A DNA stretch of 64,000 nucleotides from an uncultured Methanosarcinaceae archaeon (GTDB taxonomy: Archaea; Halobacteriota; Methanosarcinia; Methanosarcinales; Methanosarcinaceae), in assembly GCA_963727895.1 (NCBI GenBank), contig CAVSHT010000004.1, positions 352,001-416,000 of the forward strand. Reading direction: 5' to 3'. Below, piece after piece: positions 35,131 to 47,413 of this stretch. How positions within the stretch are numbered: the first letter of the stretch is position 1; every line of letters starts with the position of its first letter. Under the pieces are notes generated by a model that had not been told where the DNA came from, ran no database searches, and saw only the letters and a list, made by a program, of their open reading frames with translations. Made by a program: the position numbers and the translations under genes.

Positions 35131-35419
35131 ATTATATTGACAAAAATGTAACCTATATGCAAAACATTAACAGAAAATCAAAAATTAGGGGAGTTCACAT
35201 TATTCTTTAAAGTTTGGTAAGTTGTGATTCTCCCCATTTTTGAGTGGTAAGAATCTCACTGCACTTGGTCTTACTGCTCTTTATGTTATTGTTTTTAATC
35301 ACAGTTACTTATTTCAATCAGGTTATTTTCTCTTAAATCCAGATTATTGATTTTTTAATCCAGGGGATGTATGTTAGGTAATTATTTTCTTACTTTACAG
35401 CTCGCTCTTACCATCTGCC

Positions 35420-35787
35420 TCAGCGGTAGTATTTATGGTAGTTATTATAATACTTGTAATATCCATTACACCATTTATTAAATCCAAATAACCATTTCAA
35501 ATACATTCTGTACCAGTAATCATAATCTTTGCCGTGTTTCTTAGATTTCCAGGCATTCTTTTCACGGTCCCATTTTACTCTTTCGCGGTCATATTTTTTT
35601 TATCTGCATCCCACTTATTCCTATTATTGTCAAATTTTTTCTTGTCGTAATTGTTAAATGTATTCTTTCCATGGTTGCCCTGTTTCCTTCCATCTGTGTA
35701 CGGCGCTGCGCTTGTTGCTGCAGCTGTCACAGACAGTACAAAACAGACTGCCAGAAATATTCCCAGTATCTTTTTCATTTTCAACAT
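35420..35787 (-). pseudogene. small secreted Trp/Tyr/Lys-rich protein, frameshifted
   Basis: signal peptide resembling that of the 33503 gene; frameshift in A-run near 35600. Confidence 0.55.
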
Positions 35788-36779
35788 ACGCCTAACTCCA
35801 AACATTTGTTTTAAATCAAGTTTAATTTTTATTTCCCTTTGTTATTACTCGACCTTGTTTCGTAACTAAAATTACCTGTTTAATTTACCTGTTCTAATTG
35901 TCTTACCGCTTCTCTGCGGCTTGACAATTCTAAAATTCATCAGATTCAATATAAATATACTTATACTAAATAATAGCTTAAAAAGGTTAAATTAAAAAAA
36001 TAAGTGTTTTAAAAGGATTAATTTATAAAATAAAGGTTTTTAAAATTTTAAAGTTATTTTTATTTATATTTAACATATTTACAGCTTATAAACCGCCTTA
36101 CTCTCGGGTTTTTAAGTAGAGTTGTTAATATTTAATGGATATAAATCCCTCAACATTTCCCTAAAATTTAATTTGTATTTATTTTTTAAATTTGATCAGT
36201 ATCTACCTTTTGATTTTTTATTCTAAATATTTTTACGTACATTTGTGAAGTATTTTTACCTCAAATATATGGTTTTTTTAGTAAAAAGGATCTAAATAGT
36301 AGTTATTTAAGTAAATAACTTTTTTTAAGCTTTTAATTTAAAACAGTAGAACCTATTTTCGGGCAGATATTCAAACAAAAATATATTTAAAAATAGACCT
36401 ACTTGACAATAAATAGGTTAAATGAGGATTTCTTGTAAGTAAAAACGTCAATATGAGAAAGAAAGATTTTCTACTCTTATAAAACCATAAATAACACTTA
36501 TGGACAAGAAAGGTAAAGGAACTAAAAGATACTGATTCCATTAATACAATTGGGCATCCGGTGTTGGGGAGTTGGGGGTATGGGGGGTTATTAAAAAAGT
36601 TAAGGTCTATTATGACCTTCCCAGATGCCCATTCCTTTAGTATACTTTTATCATATATAAATTTAAAGATTCAATAGTACATTGTCGAAACAGAATCCAA
36701 TAATATGAAAAATAACCCGACTAATATAACAGAAAAGCCATGATAATTATTTTTAAAAGAAAATACTAGCTTTACTGCT

Positions 36780-37065
36780 TCAAAGCACATATTTCCAGCC
36801 ATTCTTTTTCAGGCTATTCCTGTATTCTTCATAATCAGGCATGAGTTCTTGGACCAGTTTCCAGAACCGAGCAGAATGGTTTTTCTCTTTTACATGGCAG
36901 ATCTCATGCACTACCACATATTCAAGCTGTTTGGGAGGAGCCATAATAAGCTGGAAATTTATCCTAAGTACATTTTCTGCAGAGCAACTTCCCCAACGCC
37001 TTTTCTGATATTTTACCTTAAATACAGGAGGATCTATTTTTAGCTTTTGTGAATAGATATTTAAA
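36780..37065 (-). pseudogene. C-terminal fragment of a YgjP/DUF45 zinc metallopeptidase-like gene
   Basis: manual translation: QKRRWGSCS...LEYVVVHEICH..EKNHSARFW; no start codon. Confidence 0.8.
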
Positions 37066-37159
37066 CAGTTTAATATTTAGTTATACACTGGACTGAATAT
37101 AAATATTTGGTTATTTTTTTGAGAAAGCGGGCGAGAAATCGTCGATTCAAACATTTTTT

Positions 37160-38303
37160 ATGAGTAAAGAAGAATATGAAAAAATACCTAAAATCAGTCG
37201 TGACATAATGCATAAATATGTCACATCAATGCAAGTGAGTAGGAAGGTCAAATCGGACATAACAGTCAAGAATAACGTCGCTGTTGTACGATTTATGCTG
37301 AGAAATATAAAAAAGACCTAGACAATCTGACGATTGATGATGTAGAAGATATACAGGCTGCTATAAATATTTGGAAACGACCTGATGGCAAACCTGTGGC
37401 TGATGCCAGCAAAAAGGTATATACAGCAGGCATAAAGAAATTTCTCAAATGGTACGCAAAAAGATATGAACAGCCGAAATATAAACATTTTTCAGATCAA
37501 ATTGAACTTGGAGGACAAACGAAGAGGGTTCAGGCAAACGACCTTTTGACAACAGCTGAAATTGAAAAAATGATTGCCTAAGCTGATAAGCCGAGGGATA
37601 AAGCGATAATTGCTGTCTTGGCTGAGAGTGGCTGTCGTGCAGGTGAAATTGCATCGTGCAGGGTTCAGGATTTTGAATTGACACAAAATGGTGGAAATCT
37701 TACATTCCCCAAAGGCAAGACAGGTCCTCGTACAGTGCCTCTAGTATTCGCAGCTCCATATATTGATTATTATTTAAGACAGCATCCAAGCAATGACAAT
37801 CCTGATGCTCCGCTCTGGCTTGCAGGTGGGCAGAATGTGCGGAGGAGTATAGGCTATGGCAGATTTATAGCATCGTAAAGGAAGTTGCCAGAGACACTGG
37901 GATAAAGAAGCGAATCTATCCACACTTGTTCCGTCACACAACAGCGACTCAGCTAAGTAAGGTCTGGGGCGAATCAATGATGCGAACTTATCTTGGCTGG
38001 GAATCCGGTAGTGCAATGCCTTCATTATACATTAGTCTAAGCGGGGAGGATGTTGAGAATGCTGTTCTTTGTGACCGTTATGGGCTTGTTGAGAAGAAGC
38101 AAAATGATAAAGGTTTAAAAGTTGGGAAGTGCCCAAAATGCTGGAAGATGATACCGGCTAATGCGACGTTCTGCCACAATTGTGGGGCACCCCTCACAAA
38201 AGAAGTTCAGCAGTCAAATGATATTGCAATGAAAGAGTTTATGGCTGCAATTATTAGCGACCCGAAACTCGCAGAAAAATTTACAGCTTTGATACAAAAG
38301 TAA
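37160..38303 (+). pseudogene. tyrosine recombinase/integrase with C-terminal zinc ribbon, disrupted
   Basis: RDKAIIAVLAESGCRAGE, KGKTG, HLFRH, LGW..GS.MP..Y, CPKC/CHNCG; frameshifts near 37315 and 37850, TAA at 37579. Confidence 0.88.
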
Positions 38304-38552
38304 TTTTTTTTGTTTCTCCACCTCAGTATCATCATTAATTGATTCCTAGAGCCTCGTAGTCAAGCGTAGGGATATATCCTTGAATAATTAATCCAGTCTA
38401 GTTTTTCTTATTTACGTTTTGTCTAAATCAACAACAAAAGACCTATTAGGAATGAAACAGTAATTAATTATTATAAGTTGTGAAATTGCTTCGGCGGGCT
38501 TGCCTGATGACAGTACGTCACTACTTTTCTAAATTCATTTCGAGGCAATAAT

Positions 38553-38687
38553 TTGGATTCAACACAACAACGAGCTACTGAACTAGTTATGAAACATCGT
38601 GCTAGTATTGATTACTTCTTAAAATTTGGCAATTCCATTGAGAAAGCAATGGTGCAGATCATATTGGAAGTGGCGGGTGAGCAATAA
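38553..38687 (+). CDS. small hypothetical protein (44 aa) of the integrated element
   Basis: GAGG RBS and TTG start; stop overlaps next ATG (TAATG). Confidence 0.45.
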   Translation: MDSTQQRATELVMKHRASIDYFLKFGNSIEKAMVQIILEVAGEQ

Positions 38688-38839
38688 TGGCCAGAGCAAT
38701 AAAATTCGATAAAAAAATTAATACCTCCCTGGCCTTTGATCCAAAGGTCATAGCTATCATCGATAGAGAAAGATGTGGTGATAGTCGAAGTGGATGGCTG
38801 AATGATTTGATTTTAGAAATGTTTGGAGGCGGATACTAA
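38687..38839 (+). CDS. putative ribbon-helix-helix DNA-binding protein (50 aa)
   Basis: INTSLAFDPKVIAIID...SRSGWLNDLI pattern; translational coupling on both sides. Confidence 0.5.
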   Translation: MARAIKFDKKINTSLAFDPKVIAIIDRERCGDSRSGWLNDLILEMFGGGY

Positions 38840-39058
38840 TGAAAGACCTAAGAATTGATGGCAAGCCTCTCGGGAGAAAGTAAATCTCAAAAAGCAGGAA
38901 GTACGAGAGCGGGGCCAGATCTGCCTCCCAAGCCAAAATGGTGAATAAAATGGTTGCAAAGCCCATATATTACATGGGTTTGAAAATATTTAAAGATTGA
39001 GTTTACCATTCTCGATTTTGGTTTGTTTCGTGCTTCCACTCAACAAGGAGTGGGTAAT

Positions 39059-40779
39059 ATGACAACAGATAATATTGAAAATATTGAAATAATAACGACT
39101 CTGGATATTCTTAAGGAGTCGCCCGTTCTGGAAAGGCCTCAAATTGAAAAACTTGAACAAAAAGAAAAAGAGCTCGGAAATATATTCGAAGAAGTTCAGT
39201 CACCCGTTTCAGTTAAGGGAGAACCTCAGTTTGTGCCCGATAATATCCCAGAGAAGTCACAGAACTATTTGACTGCGAAGAGCCATGTACGAAATGATCA
39301 GACAAGATATGTAGATACACATGGCAAGTATGTATCAAAAGAAGAATTTGATCCAGTTAAGGCTGAGTCACCCGTCGATGAATTTGACGCTATAAAAAAG
39401 GCAACACTGAACAATGTAGATTGGAAAGACGATAGAACCTATCTTTTTGAATGTCCGGTCCCGAGTGATCATAATGTAACACCGGCTGGTATTACAAAGA
39501 CTAAACCTGCAACGCTTAAAAGACCTGCATATGATGTACCAATCTGTGATATATTTCCAGCAATTGTTGGTCACTACACAGTAAAACAATTCATAGATGA
39601 TAATACATCAGACAACTCATTTATGAAAGCATCATCACAAACATATGTTGTAGTCAAATGGGTTGATGGTGATGAAATACATACAGCTTGTGTACCACTA
39701 AGTGCAGTCATGGTCAAGACATAATTAAAAAAGGTGCTTATTGGACAATTCAATATGCGACTGCCAGAAACAAGAATAGATGACGTGATAATGTATTTTA
39801 ATGCATTTATAACCACAAATCTGGCATGTGACCCGCAAAACACTAAATTCACAAGGGGACAAGCATCTTCAGTGATTGGTTTTCTTGATGAATCTTGTAC
39901 AATATACACCAATGGAAGATCGCTATTTTGTGGTGTTAATGGCGAGCTTGTAATAAAAGATGCTGTGTTCATTGATAGTAAAAATGTCAATGCTGCATGA
40001 ATGATAGAGCCACGTGGGGATTGTAATGTTTGGGCAGATGCTGTCAAAGAGTGGCTTGAATATGATCGAATTCGATTTGCAGGCTACTATATGATGGGAT
40101 CGATGTTGTTATCCATCTTTAAATTACCACCAAGTGTCCTCGGTTATATTTGCTCAACAACATTTGGAAAAACATTTACTCAAATGATATCTGCGAGCAT
40201 GCACGGAAATCCAAGTGATACAGGTGACGGTATAATACTTGGTGGTGATATTACACTAGCTGCAATCAATGTAATATTTGGTGTTTTCAAGGATTATCCC
40301 GGATACATTGATGAGTCTACAATCACAGATGACAAGGTTCGCGATTATCTTGGCTATAAGATTGGAAATGGTTCAGGTGGTCTTCGAAGTACTGCAACGC
40401 ATACACTCGCAGATAGAACAATAATTAGATCAAACATATTAATGACAGGTGAAGATGAATTCATCAAGAAATATGCTCCAGATGGTGTGCAGCAAAGAAT
40501 AACTATAGAGAAAATCCCACCACTAGAGAAGATTGAAGATAATGATAAACTTTGTAGGCTTGAGAATACTCGTCACATAATATGTTCAAATTATGGTCAT
40601 GTATTACAACCATTTGTAGCAGCAATATATAGGCATAAGGATGAACTACAAAGCGTATATAATCAATCGTTGAATAGGCTGAGAAATACAGAAGGCCTAT
40701 CAACAGATGCTAAGAGAAAAGCTACCGGATTTGCAGTTGCGAATGTTGCCGGCTTCCTACTTGAGCCAATTTTTAAATC
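39059..40779 (+). pseudogene. DUF927-type helicase-like replication protein with two in-frame stops, 3'-truncated by IS1
   Basis: track ORFs 39023, 39734 and 40001 share one frame (TAA 39722, TGA 39998); Walker A-like STTFGKT, Walker B-like YIDE, LMTGE, NYGH. Confidence 0.7.
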
Positions 40780-41020
40780 GGCATTGGTACTAAAAAATAG
40801 ATATATATGCTTATAACATATATTTCTTCATGAACTGCCCCAGATGCAATAGTTCTAATTACAAAAAGAATGGTATAGTTGGTGGGCGTCAACGGTACAA
40901 ATGCTCTGATTGTGGATATAACTATACAGTAGAGCTAAAATCAACTGCTTTTTCCGCTTTTGTAAAAAGACAGGCTTTACAACTTTACCTTGAAGGATTG
41001 GGCTTTCGCTCAATAGGATG
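40780..41020 (+). mobile_element. IS1 5' fragment, cut by IS110
   Basis: GGCATTGG end and insA N-terminus. Confidence 0.9.
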
Positions 41021-42501
41021 ATTTAGCATGAAAGTACATGAGGAGATTATCCTCACGTGCTCTCTTGATCCTTTTTCCCCATAATCGCAAATATTCCACT
41101 AATTATTTTAATCCGTTCATCAACCTAAAAAATCTCAGTTTCAATAATATTTCTCTTTTGGATTTCTCCCTTTTGATATCCGGTTTCATCTTCGTCCATC
41201 TCATCGTTTGTAATAAGATGCCATAGTATCGTTGCAATTTTCCTTGCTAAGGCAATAATTGCTTTTGCATTTCCAATCGACTTCTTTTTTCTGTTAAAAA
41301 ACTCTTTTAACCTGCTATTCTTCTTTCTTGCTGCTGCTTGAGCAATCTGTGTCAGAATCCACCTTGCTACTTTTGATCCCCTCTTTGTGATTCTGCCGTT
41401 ATAGTATTTATCTGTAGATTGATACACATTAGGAACTAGACCAAGCCAAGAAGCAAGCTTATTTCCAGAAGAAAAATCCTTAAAGTTGCCTATTTCAGCA
41501 AGTAAAATTGCCGCACCAAGTTCCCCTATACCTGGAACTGACATTAAAATCTCCATTTCTCGCTTATGATTTCGAGAAGCATAATTGAAAATTTCTGTTT
41601 CTAAAGCTTCGAGTTCATCATCAAGACTTTTTATGAGTTCCAGACAGATCTGAAGTCTGAATGCAGCACTTTGAGAAATTTCTCGATCAAGAATTTCTCT
41701 TATCTGAGCAGCTTTTTTCCGAACATTTGGAGAGAGGCTTGCAATAATCTGATCAACACTCTTACCTGAAGAGATTCCTAATAAAATCATTCTGCCATTC
41801 TTGCCAAAAACGTCTGTCAGAACATTATTCAGGTGTAGCATTTCAGATGCAAGAATTGAGTGAGCTTTATTTTTTAAATCTGTTCTTTTTTGTACAAGTG
41901 TTAACCGAAGTCGAACATATGATCTAAAATCTATATGATCCTTTGGAAAAACTCTTGATGGCTGAATCATATTATTAAGTGCAAGTTGTGCAATGACTTC
42001 TGAGTCAATCTTATATGTTTTTGTATGGGTAAATACCTTCATATCTCGCGCATTTCCAACTATCACAGTTAGATGCTTTACCAATGAATCATGAATCGGA
42101 ACCCAAAAGTCGCTGGTTGATTCACATGCAACAACATCACATTTTTCTGATATTACCCAATTTTTAAGGGCTAAAATTCCTTCATCATCTCTGTTGAAAC
42201 GTTGCTGTTGTTTTTCACCAGATCTACTGAAAATTGTAGCAATGAAAAAGAGTTTGTGAATGTCTAAACCACAAGCTTTGTTTATGACTTCAATCAAATT
42301 AGATCACCAAATTTATTTGGGCAGTGGAATTGCCTAAAAGGCCAATTTAGCATCCGTGATCAAAGTCACACTTGAGCCTTCGATGGCAATTCACTGATTA
42401 GTTTTAGGACGGTTTTGAAAAACCAAAATCGAGACAACCTTACTGCCCAAGGTAATGAGGACTTAATAGTCAAAAAAAAGAACGAAGAGTACTTTCATTA
42501 G
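41021..42501 (-). mobile_element. IS110-family element (transposase 42297-41053 with in-frame TAG at 41125)
   Basis: CGLDIHK, ACESTS, IDSE, SVPGIG, WLGLVP..YQS..ITKRGS; subterminal IR ATGAAAGTAC (41028) / GTACTTTCAT (42489). Confidence 0.92.
42310..42490 (-). ncRNA. candidate IS110 bridge RNA
   Basis: structured non-coding end upstream of the transposase; contains a 9-nt match to the element's far end. Confidence 0.55.
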
Positions 42502-43336
42502 TTGTGCTTGTTATTCGAAGAAAAGCATGTGCGTTTTAGGTTAATCGCTTGTTTTTCTAAAGTTCTGCGATCGGCTTAGACAGTAGACATATCAACTATA
42601 ATATATACTTAATTACATTTAATACATTTTTATATATATGTTTTTGTTATTTTTTAATTATTGGGCTGGTTTTTACAAACATGCACTTAATCTGGATTTT
42701 TCGATAGTTTAATTTGATTAGGATGTAAGATGCCGACTTTAAACGTTCGATGTGACGCCCTCAAATGTTCCCTGCTGAATCTCAGGCTGGTCACAGAAAA
42801 TTCAGTATGTATAATCTGATATATGGAATAATATAGCGAACAATGATATAGGAATAAATAATGTACCTGATCGCAAATAAGACAAGTAGCGCTAGTAATG
42901 CAAAGGCTAGAAAGTCATTTTGTTCATATTCAGGGTTATTATGGCACTTTGGATCAACCACTCATCCCACCTTTTGATTTTTGTTATTAATAGTCATATG
43001 AACTCTAGTGAATAAAAATATATCTAAAGTAGCGGTTTCTTGCATTTTTAGTTTTCTTGAATATTTTAGGAAGATCTCAATAATTCCATAGTTTTGTAAA
43101 AGGTGGTATAAATGGAACTTAAAATCGATCAAGAATTTTGAGATTCTTACATTAAATTCTACAAATAATATATCGATAAAATGGATATTATAAACATATT
43201 ATTATAATATATATTACTAGTCTAAAAACGCTAAAATGTAAATTTGCATGGTATGTTTATAAATTTTGTACCTAAAGTGCATGTTCAACGATTGAAAATA
43301 AAATTTTCTACAAAATATAAATAAGGGGGAGAGAAT

Positions 43337-43611
43337 ATGGGATGTGACCCGATAACATTTCACAATGTTAATTCAAACGTATTTAATGGTAGAAACAAAA
43401 GCTTGAAGATTATGGAATTCATGTACCCTCAGGAAATGAAGGGGAAATGGAAGGACATGGCGTTAAAGGTCATTTCAAATGGGATGGAGCAGATAATCTC
43501 ACTCTCACAATCACAGATAAACCCTTTGTAATCCCATGTGATATGATCATAGATAAGCTTCAAGAATTTGTACATAGTTACGGCGGAGTTAGATCTTTAA
43601 CGGCAAAATAA
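43337..43611 (+). pseudogene. small hypothetical protein, one frameshift
   Basis: strong RBS; MGCDPITF.. continues in a shifted frame as KLEDYGIHVPSGNEG..FKWDG..LTITDKPFVIPC. Confidence 0.55.
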
Positions 43612-43678
43612 TTAGACATGAAAACAAATTAACGTTAAAATTGTATATATGTACTTAATTATATGCATTATAGGCGTG

Positions 43679-43876
43679 TCACCGCAAATTCATTTGAAGA
43701 CTTGATTTCCCCATTCGTCTATTAATTTCTTTTTTAAGTTCACCATTTTCATCAACGTATTTTTTCATTTTTTCTTCAATTATTGAAATTTGTATTTTTG
43801 CAATTTTTATTTTCTTGTTATTTGACTGAATTACTCTTAGTTTATCTTTTATGTTATTCTGTGTTGCTGCATCCAT
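43679..43876 (-). CDS. small coiled-coil hypothetical protein
   Basis: GGAGG RBS, 65 aa, heptad pattern. Confidence 0.5.
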   Translation of the reverse strand: MDAATQNNIKDKLRVIQSNNKKIKIAKIQISIIEEKMKKYVDENGELKKEINRRMGKSSLQMNLR

Positions 43877-44519
43877 TAATAATGCCTCCTATAATCTCTG
43901 AATTATCTAATATAGGTCTAAACACATAAATAAATTTGTTATAGTTAACGCTAATCATATCTCTGACCTGCTTGTTACTTTAGGATAAGAGAACACCAAG
44001 ATCGCATACAGAGCCGTAAATCATAGTCACAGTTAAGCAGTTAAGGAAAATTAGAAATAAAATCAGCGCAAATATTGAAGGTTGTATAAAGGCTTTTGTG
44101 CATGATTCAAGTTATCTACTTATTATCCCTAGATTTCAAAAAAACAGCACCAAAAATATACCCTCAAATAGTAAAAACATAAAAAAAGTCAAGGAAGTAT
44201 ATCCAAAGCCAATATCAGAGTCAGTACCGAGAATACCCTCTAAAATAATAAACAAGCCAGAGATAACCACTAGGGATATTTAGGAGGTTTGCAAACACGC
44301 TAAAGGTGAAATACGGGCTTTTGAACCTACTTTTGTGGCTAAAAATTATAAGTTCTAATTATGACCTATTACTTGGAGCTCCTGCTGGTGAAGTTGCTCC
44401 TCTGGGAAGCATTGTACCGTTGCTGACATATTATCTGGGTGCATTGTTGAATTCGGTGGCATGTTCCCCATTTTTCCTTCTGGAGGCATTGTTGCATTAT
44501 CTTGCATATTTCCTGATTT

Positions 44520-45260
44520 GGCATTGTTACTTAACTATATCTAGTTCTTTCTTTCTTTATTTCATCAATAGAATAACCTAGTACTTTAGCATTTCAAGAC
44601 TCTTCGTATAACACTTTGTCTTTCTTCTCAATCTTGCCAAAAAGTGCTTCAATATGCTGTTATATCCTTCAACAGTATACGTTTCTGCTTTTGATTGAGT
44701 ATGGATCTTTTCTGGAAGAACCTCTGCATATGCCCTCCAGTGATCGGTCATCACTTCTCCAATCTCTTTTTTCTTCAATTTTTCCCAGAGTAGTTTTCCA
44801 GTTTATGTTCCTCTGCTACCAAAAGAGCAGTTGATGAACTTTTTCCCAACTCTATCAACAGCAATCCAGATCCAGCAATATTTTTTTTGTTACCGATGTA
44901 AGTGTGCATCTCATCCATTTCAACAATAGATATCTCATTTTCACTTTTTAGGTTCTCTCACTCTTGACCAAATTTCTTTATCAATTTTTGGACAGAAACA
45001 TGACTTACCCCTAAAACTCGTCCTATTGAGCGAAAGCCCAATCCTTCAAGATAGAGTTGTAAAGCCTTGTCTTTTTACAGAAGCGGAAAAAGCAGTTGAT
45101 TTTAGCTCTACTGTATAGTTATAGCCACAATCAGAGCATTTGTACCGTTGACGTCCGCCAACTATACCATTCTTTTTGTAATTAGAACTATTGCATTTGG
45201 GGCAGTTCATGCAGAAATATAGGTTCTCATAATAAATAACTATAGTTAATTAGCAAAGCC
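44520..45260 (-). mobile_element. IS1-family element, degenerate
   Basis: GGCATTG and GGCTTTG termini; insA/insB with stops. Confidence 0.92.
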
Positions 45261-45402
45261 TTATTTTGGAACAAAATCGATGGAGCTGCTTATGAAACTA
45301 ATTAAGTACAGTATCAAAATGTGCCTAAGTTATTTCGCTGTGGGTCCTTAACTTTAAATACATCAGACTTGCGACACTGCCAAGAAAAAAGAAAAGGAAC
45401 AA

Positions 45403-45657
45403 TTATCTGCGCTTTACTGTTTTCTGTGCCGATTTTTGTGCTGATTTTTGAGCGGCTTTTTGTGCTGCACGCTCAGCTTTAACCTTTGGTATCTTCTTTG
45501 TACTTTGTTCTTTTTGTGATCTAACTTTATCAAATATAGATTTTTTTCCCGGTGAAGGAGCTCTCATTTTCTCTCTATTTGCATCATCTCTAGCCTTTTT
45601 AGATTTCTTTTTGGTTTCAGTTTCTTCTTTGCCTAAAATCTTTATCAATATGCCCAT
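45403..45657 (-). CDS. small Lys/Ala-rich basic protein
   Basis: GGAG RBS; paralog at 55869-56111. Confidence 0.75.
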   Translation of the reverse strand: MGILIKILGKEETETKKKSKKARDDANREKMRAPSPGKKSIFDKVRSQKEQSTKKIPKVKAERAAQKAAQKSAQKSAQKTVKRR

Positions 45658-47002
45658 TTTCGGAATCTCCTTTGCTTCCTTATAATACCTATTTCCACTA
45701 TTTATTAATCTCGTTTTCTTTTTGTATTCTGGTTTTCTCTCTGCTTATTGTACCCGATCAGAATCTCTCATTCATCCAGCTCATCATCAAACCTTTCATC
45801 CTTAAAATTCACCCGCCATCACGTAAAACCCAGAAGAATTCTCAGATGGTTGGAATATTTGCCCATACCTTCAAAAAAGAAGAAAATTCAACACTGTAGC
45901 GAAAAACGGCTTCAATGCCCGAAAAAACCTGCACAACGGTTTGAAATAAAAAGGGATTAACATAAAAATGTATTAAATGTAAAAAGGTATATATTAAATA
46001 AAGTCGGTAATGTATAGTGAAGCGTTGTCAAAATAAACAACAGCTTTAAAAAACGGCTACCCTTCCCAAAGATTGTATAAAAATCCATAGCATCAAAAAA
46101 CGAGATATAAATAGGGTACTAAATTGATTAAAAAACGAATGTGTTAACCAAAGTGAGAGGGGAGAGCTCCCCTCTCACTTCTGAAAGTAAATTTTATTAT
46201 GTAATACATAAGTTATAAAGTTTTTCATTTTTCCCACATGTAAATAAGAATTATATGAAGTTGGAATCCAATTCGAAAACCAACCTCCTTGTATAGAATT
46301 TTTTATTTTTCACCGTTGGTGATAATGTAGGATCAGTTTTTTAGGTTGTCTTCCTAATATATTAATCTGCTTATATGTTTCGACAATTATTTTTTTGATA
46401 TAAATATTGACAGCTATTTTTTGGTTCCGTTGCAAAAATAATATGGCAGAAGTGAACTCTATTATGCAACGAATAATCTCTAAAAATCTAATTTTGCAGG
46501 AGACTTCAAAATACAAACATTTATAAAAAAAGTTCGTATTTTAACGGGATATTTTCAAGTTTTACTGTATATTCCTCAGGAATAAGCGTTAAGCATCAAC
46601 CTCTTTTTATTATGTTCTTATATCAATTTCGAATATAATAAAAAGATCAGCGTCAACTCAATTATTGGAGCTATGAATATCGTTAAAAAAAGACAAATAA
46701 AGCTGTGCGGGCTCGAGGATATGATAGAAGCGAATAGGGATATGGTTGGAGTAATTATGCCATAGGCTAATATCCTTAAGCTGAAGAATTGAAGAAGTGA
46801 CAATATTGCCATGCAGAGGATAAAATATCCCAGCAAAATATAATTCAGTTCTATCGACATCAAGAATGGTAAAAATAGATAGTTATTAAGTAAAAGCATT
46901 AAGGGATTTTAGGGGTTAAACCCCGGAAGATCACACTTCCTTTTCCCTTTAATGTGCTTGATTGCAAAAGTATTCCTACCGAATCAAGTACTGAAGGTAC
47001 TT

Positions 47003-47413
47003 TCAGCAGGTTGAGCAGCTTGAACAGCTTGAGCAACTGTTTTTAATTGTAACGGTTGCACAATCAGATCCATTTTTACCTTTTACACAGTACTTGAAAC
47101 TGTCAGTGCAAGATTTGCAGCTTGCTGGTTTTGTGTAACAGAAGTTACCATTGCTCTTCATGCAGACTTTTCCACCCTTTGCGGTAGTGAAGCATCCTAC
47201 AGTTGTAACTTTGAGGTTGCATCCTTTATCGTTCTTCAATACATTAAAGCAACAAGAACCAGATTTACAGTTACATGTGAAAACATCGTTCTTTGCGTCT
47301 GTTTTTGTTGTACAATTACTTTTTGTTGTACAATTACTTGCTGCTCCTGTCATTGACAGAACTAAAAAGACCAATGTAAAAATACATACTGTTTTAAACA
47401 TATTTTTTCGCAT
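47003..47413 (-). CDS. Cys-rich secreted protein with Ig-like (Big_9/tandem-95-like) domain
   Basis: GGAG RBS, signal peptide, DAKNDVF..NVLKND..G.F.Y..DSFKY..ATVTI pattern. Confidence 0.75.
   Translation of the reverse strand: MRKNMFKTVCIFTLVFLVLSMTGAASNCTTKSNCTTKTDAKNDVFTCNCKSGSCCFNVLKNDKGCNLKVTTVGCFTTAKGGKVCMKSNGNFCYTKPASCKSCTDSFKYCVKGKNGSDCATVTIKNSCSSCSSCSTC

Noticed and set aside
37080..37160. tRNA-derived att site next to the integrase
   Set aside because: No tRNA fold or repeated att core could be found by eye in the window
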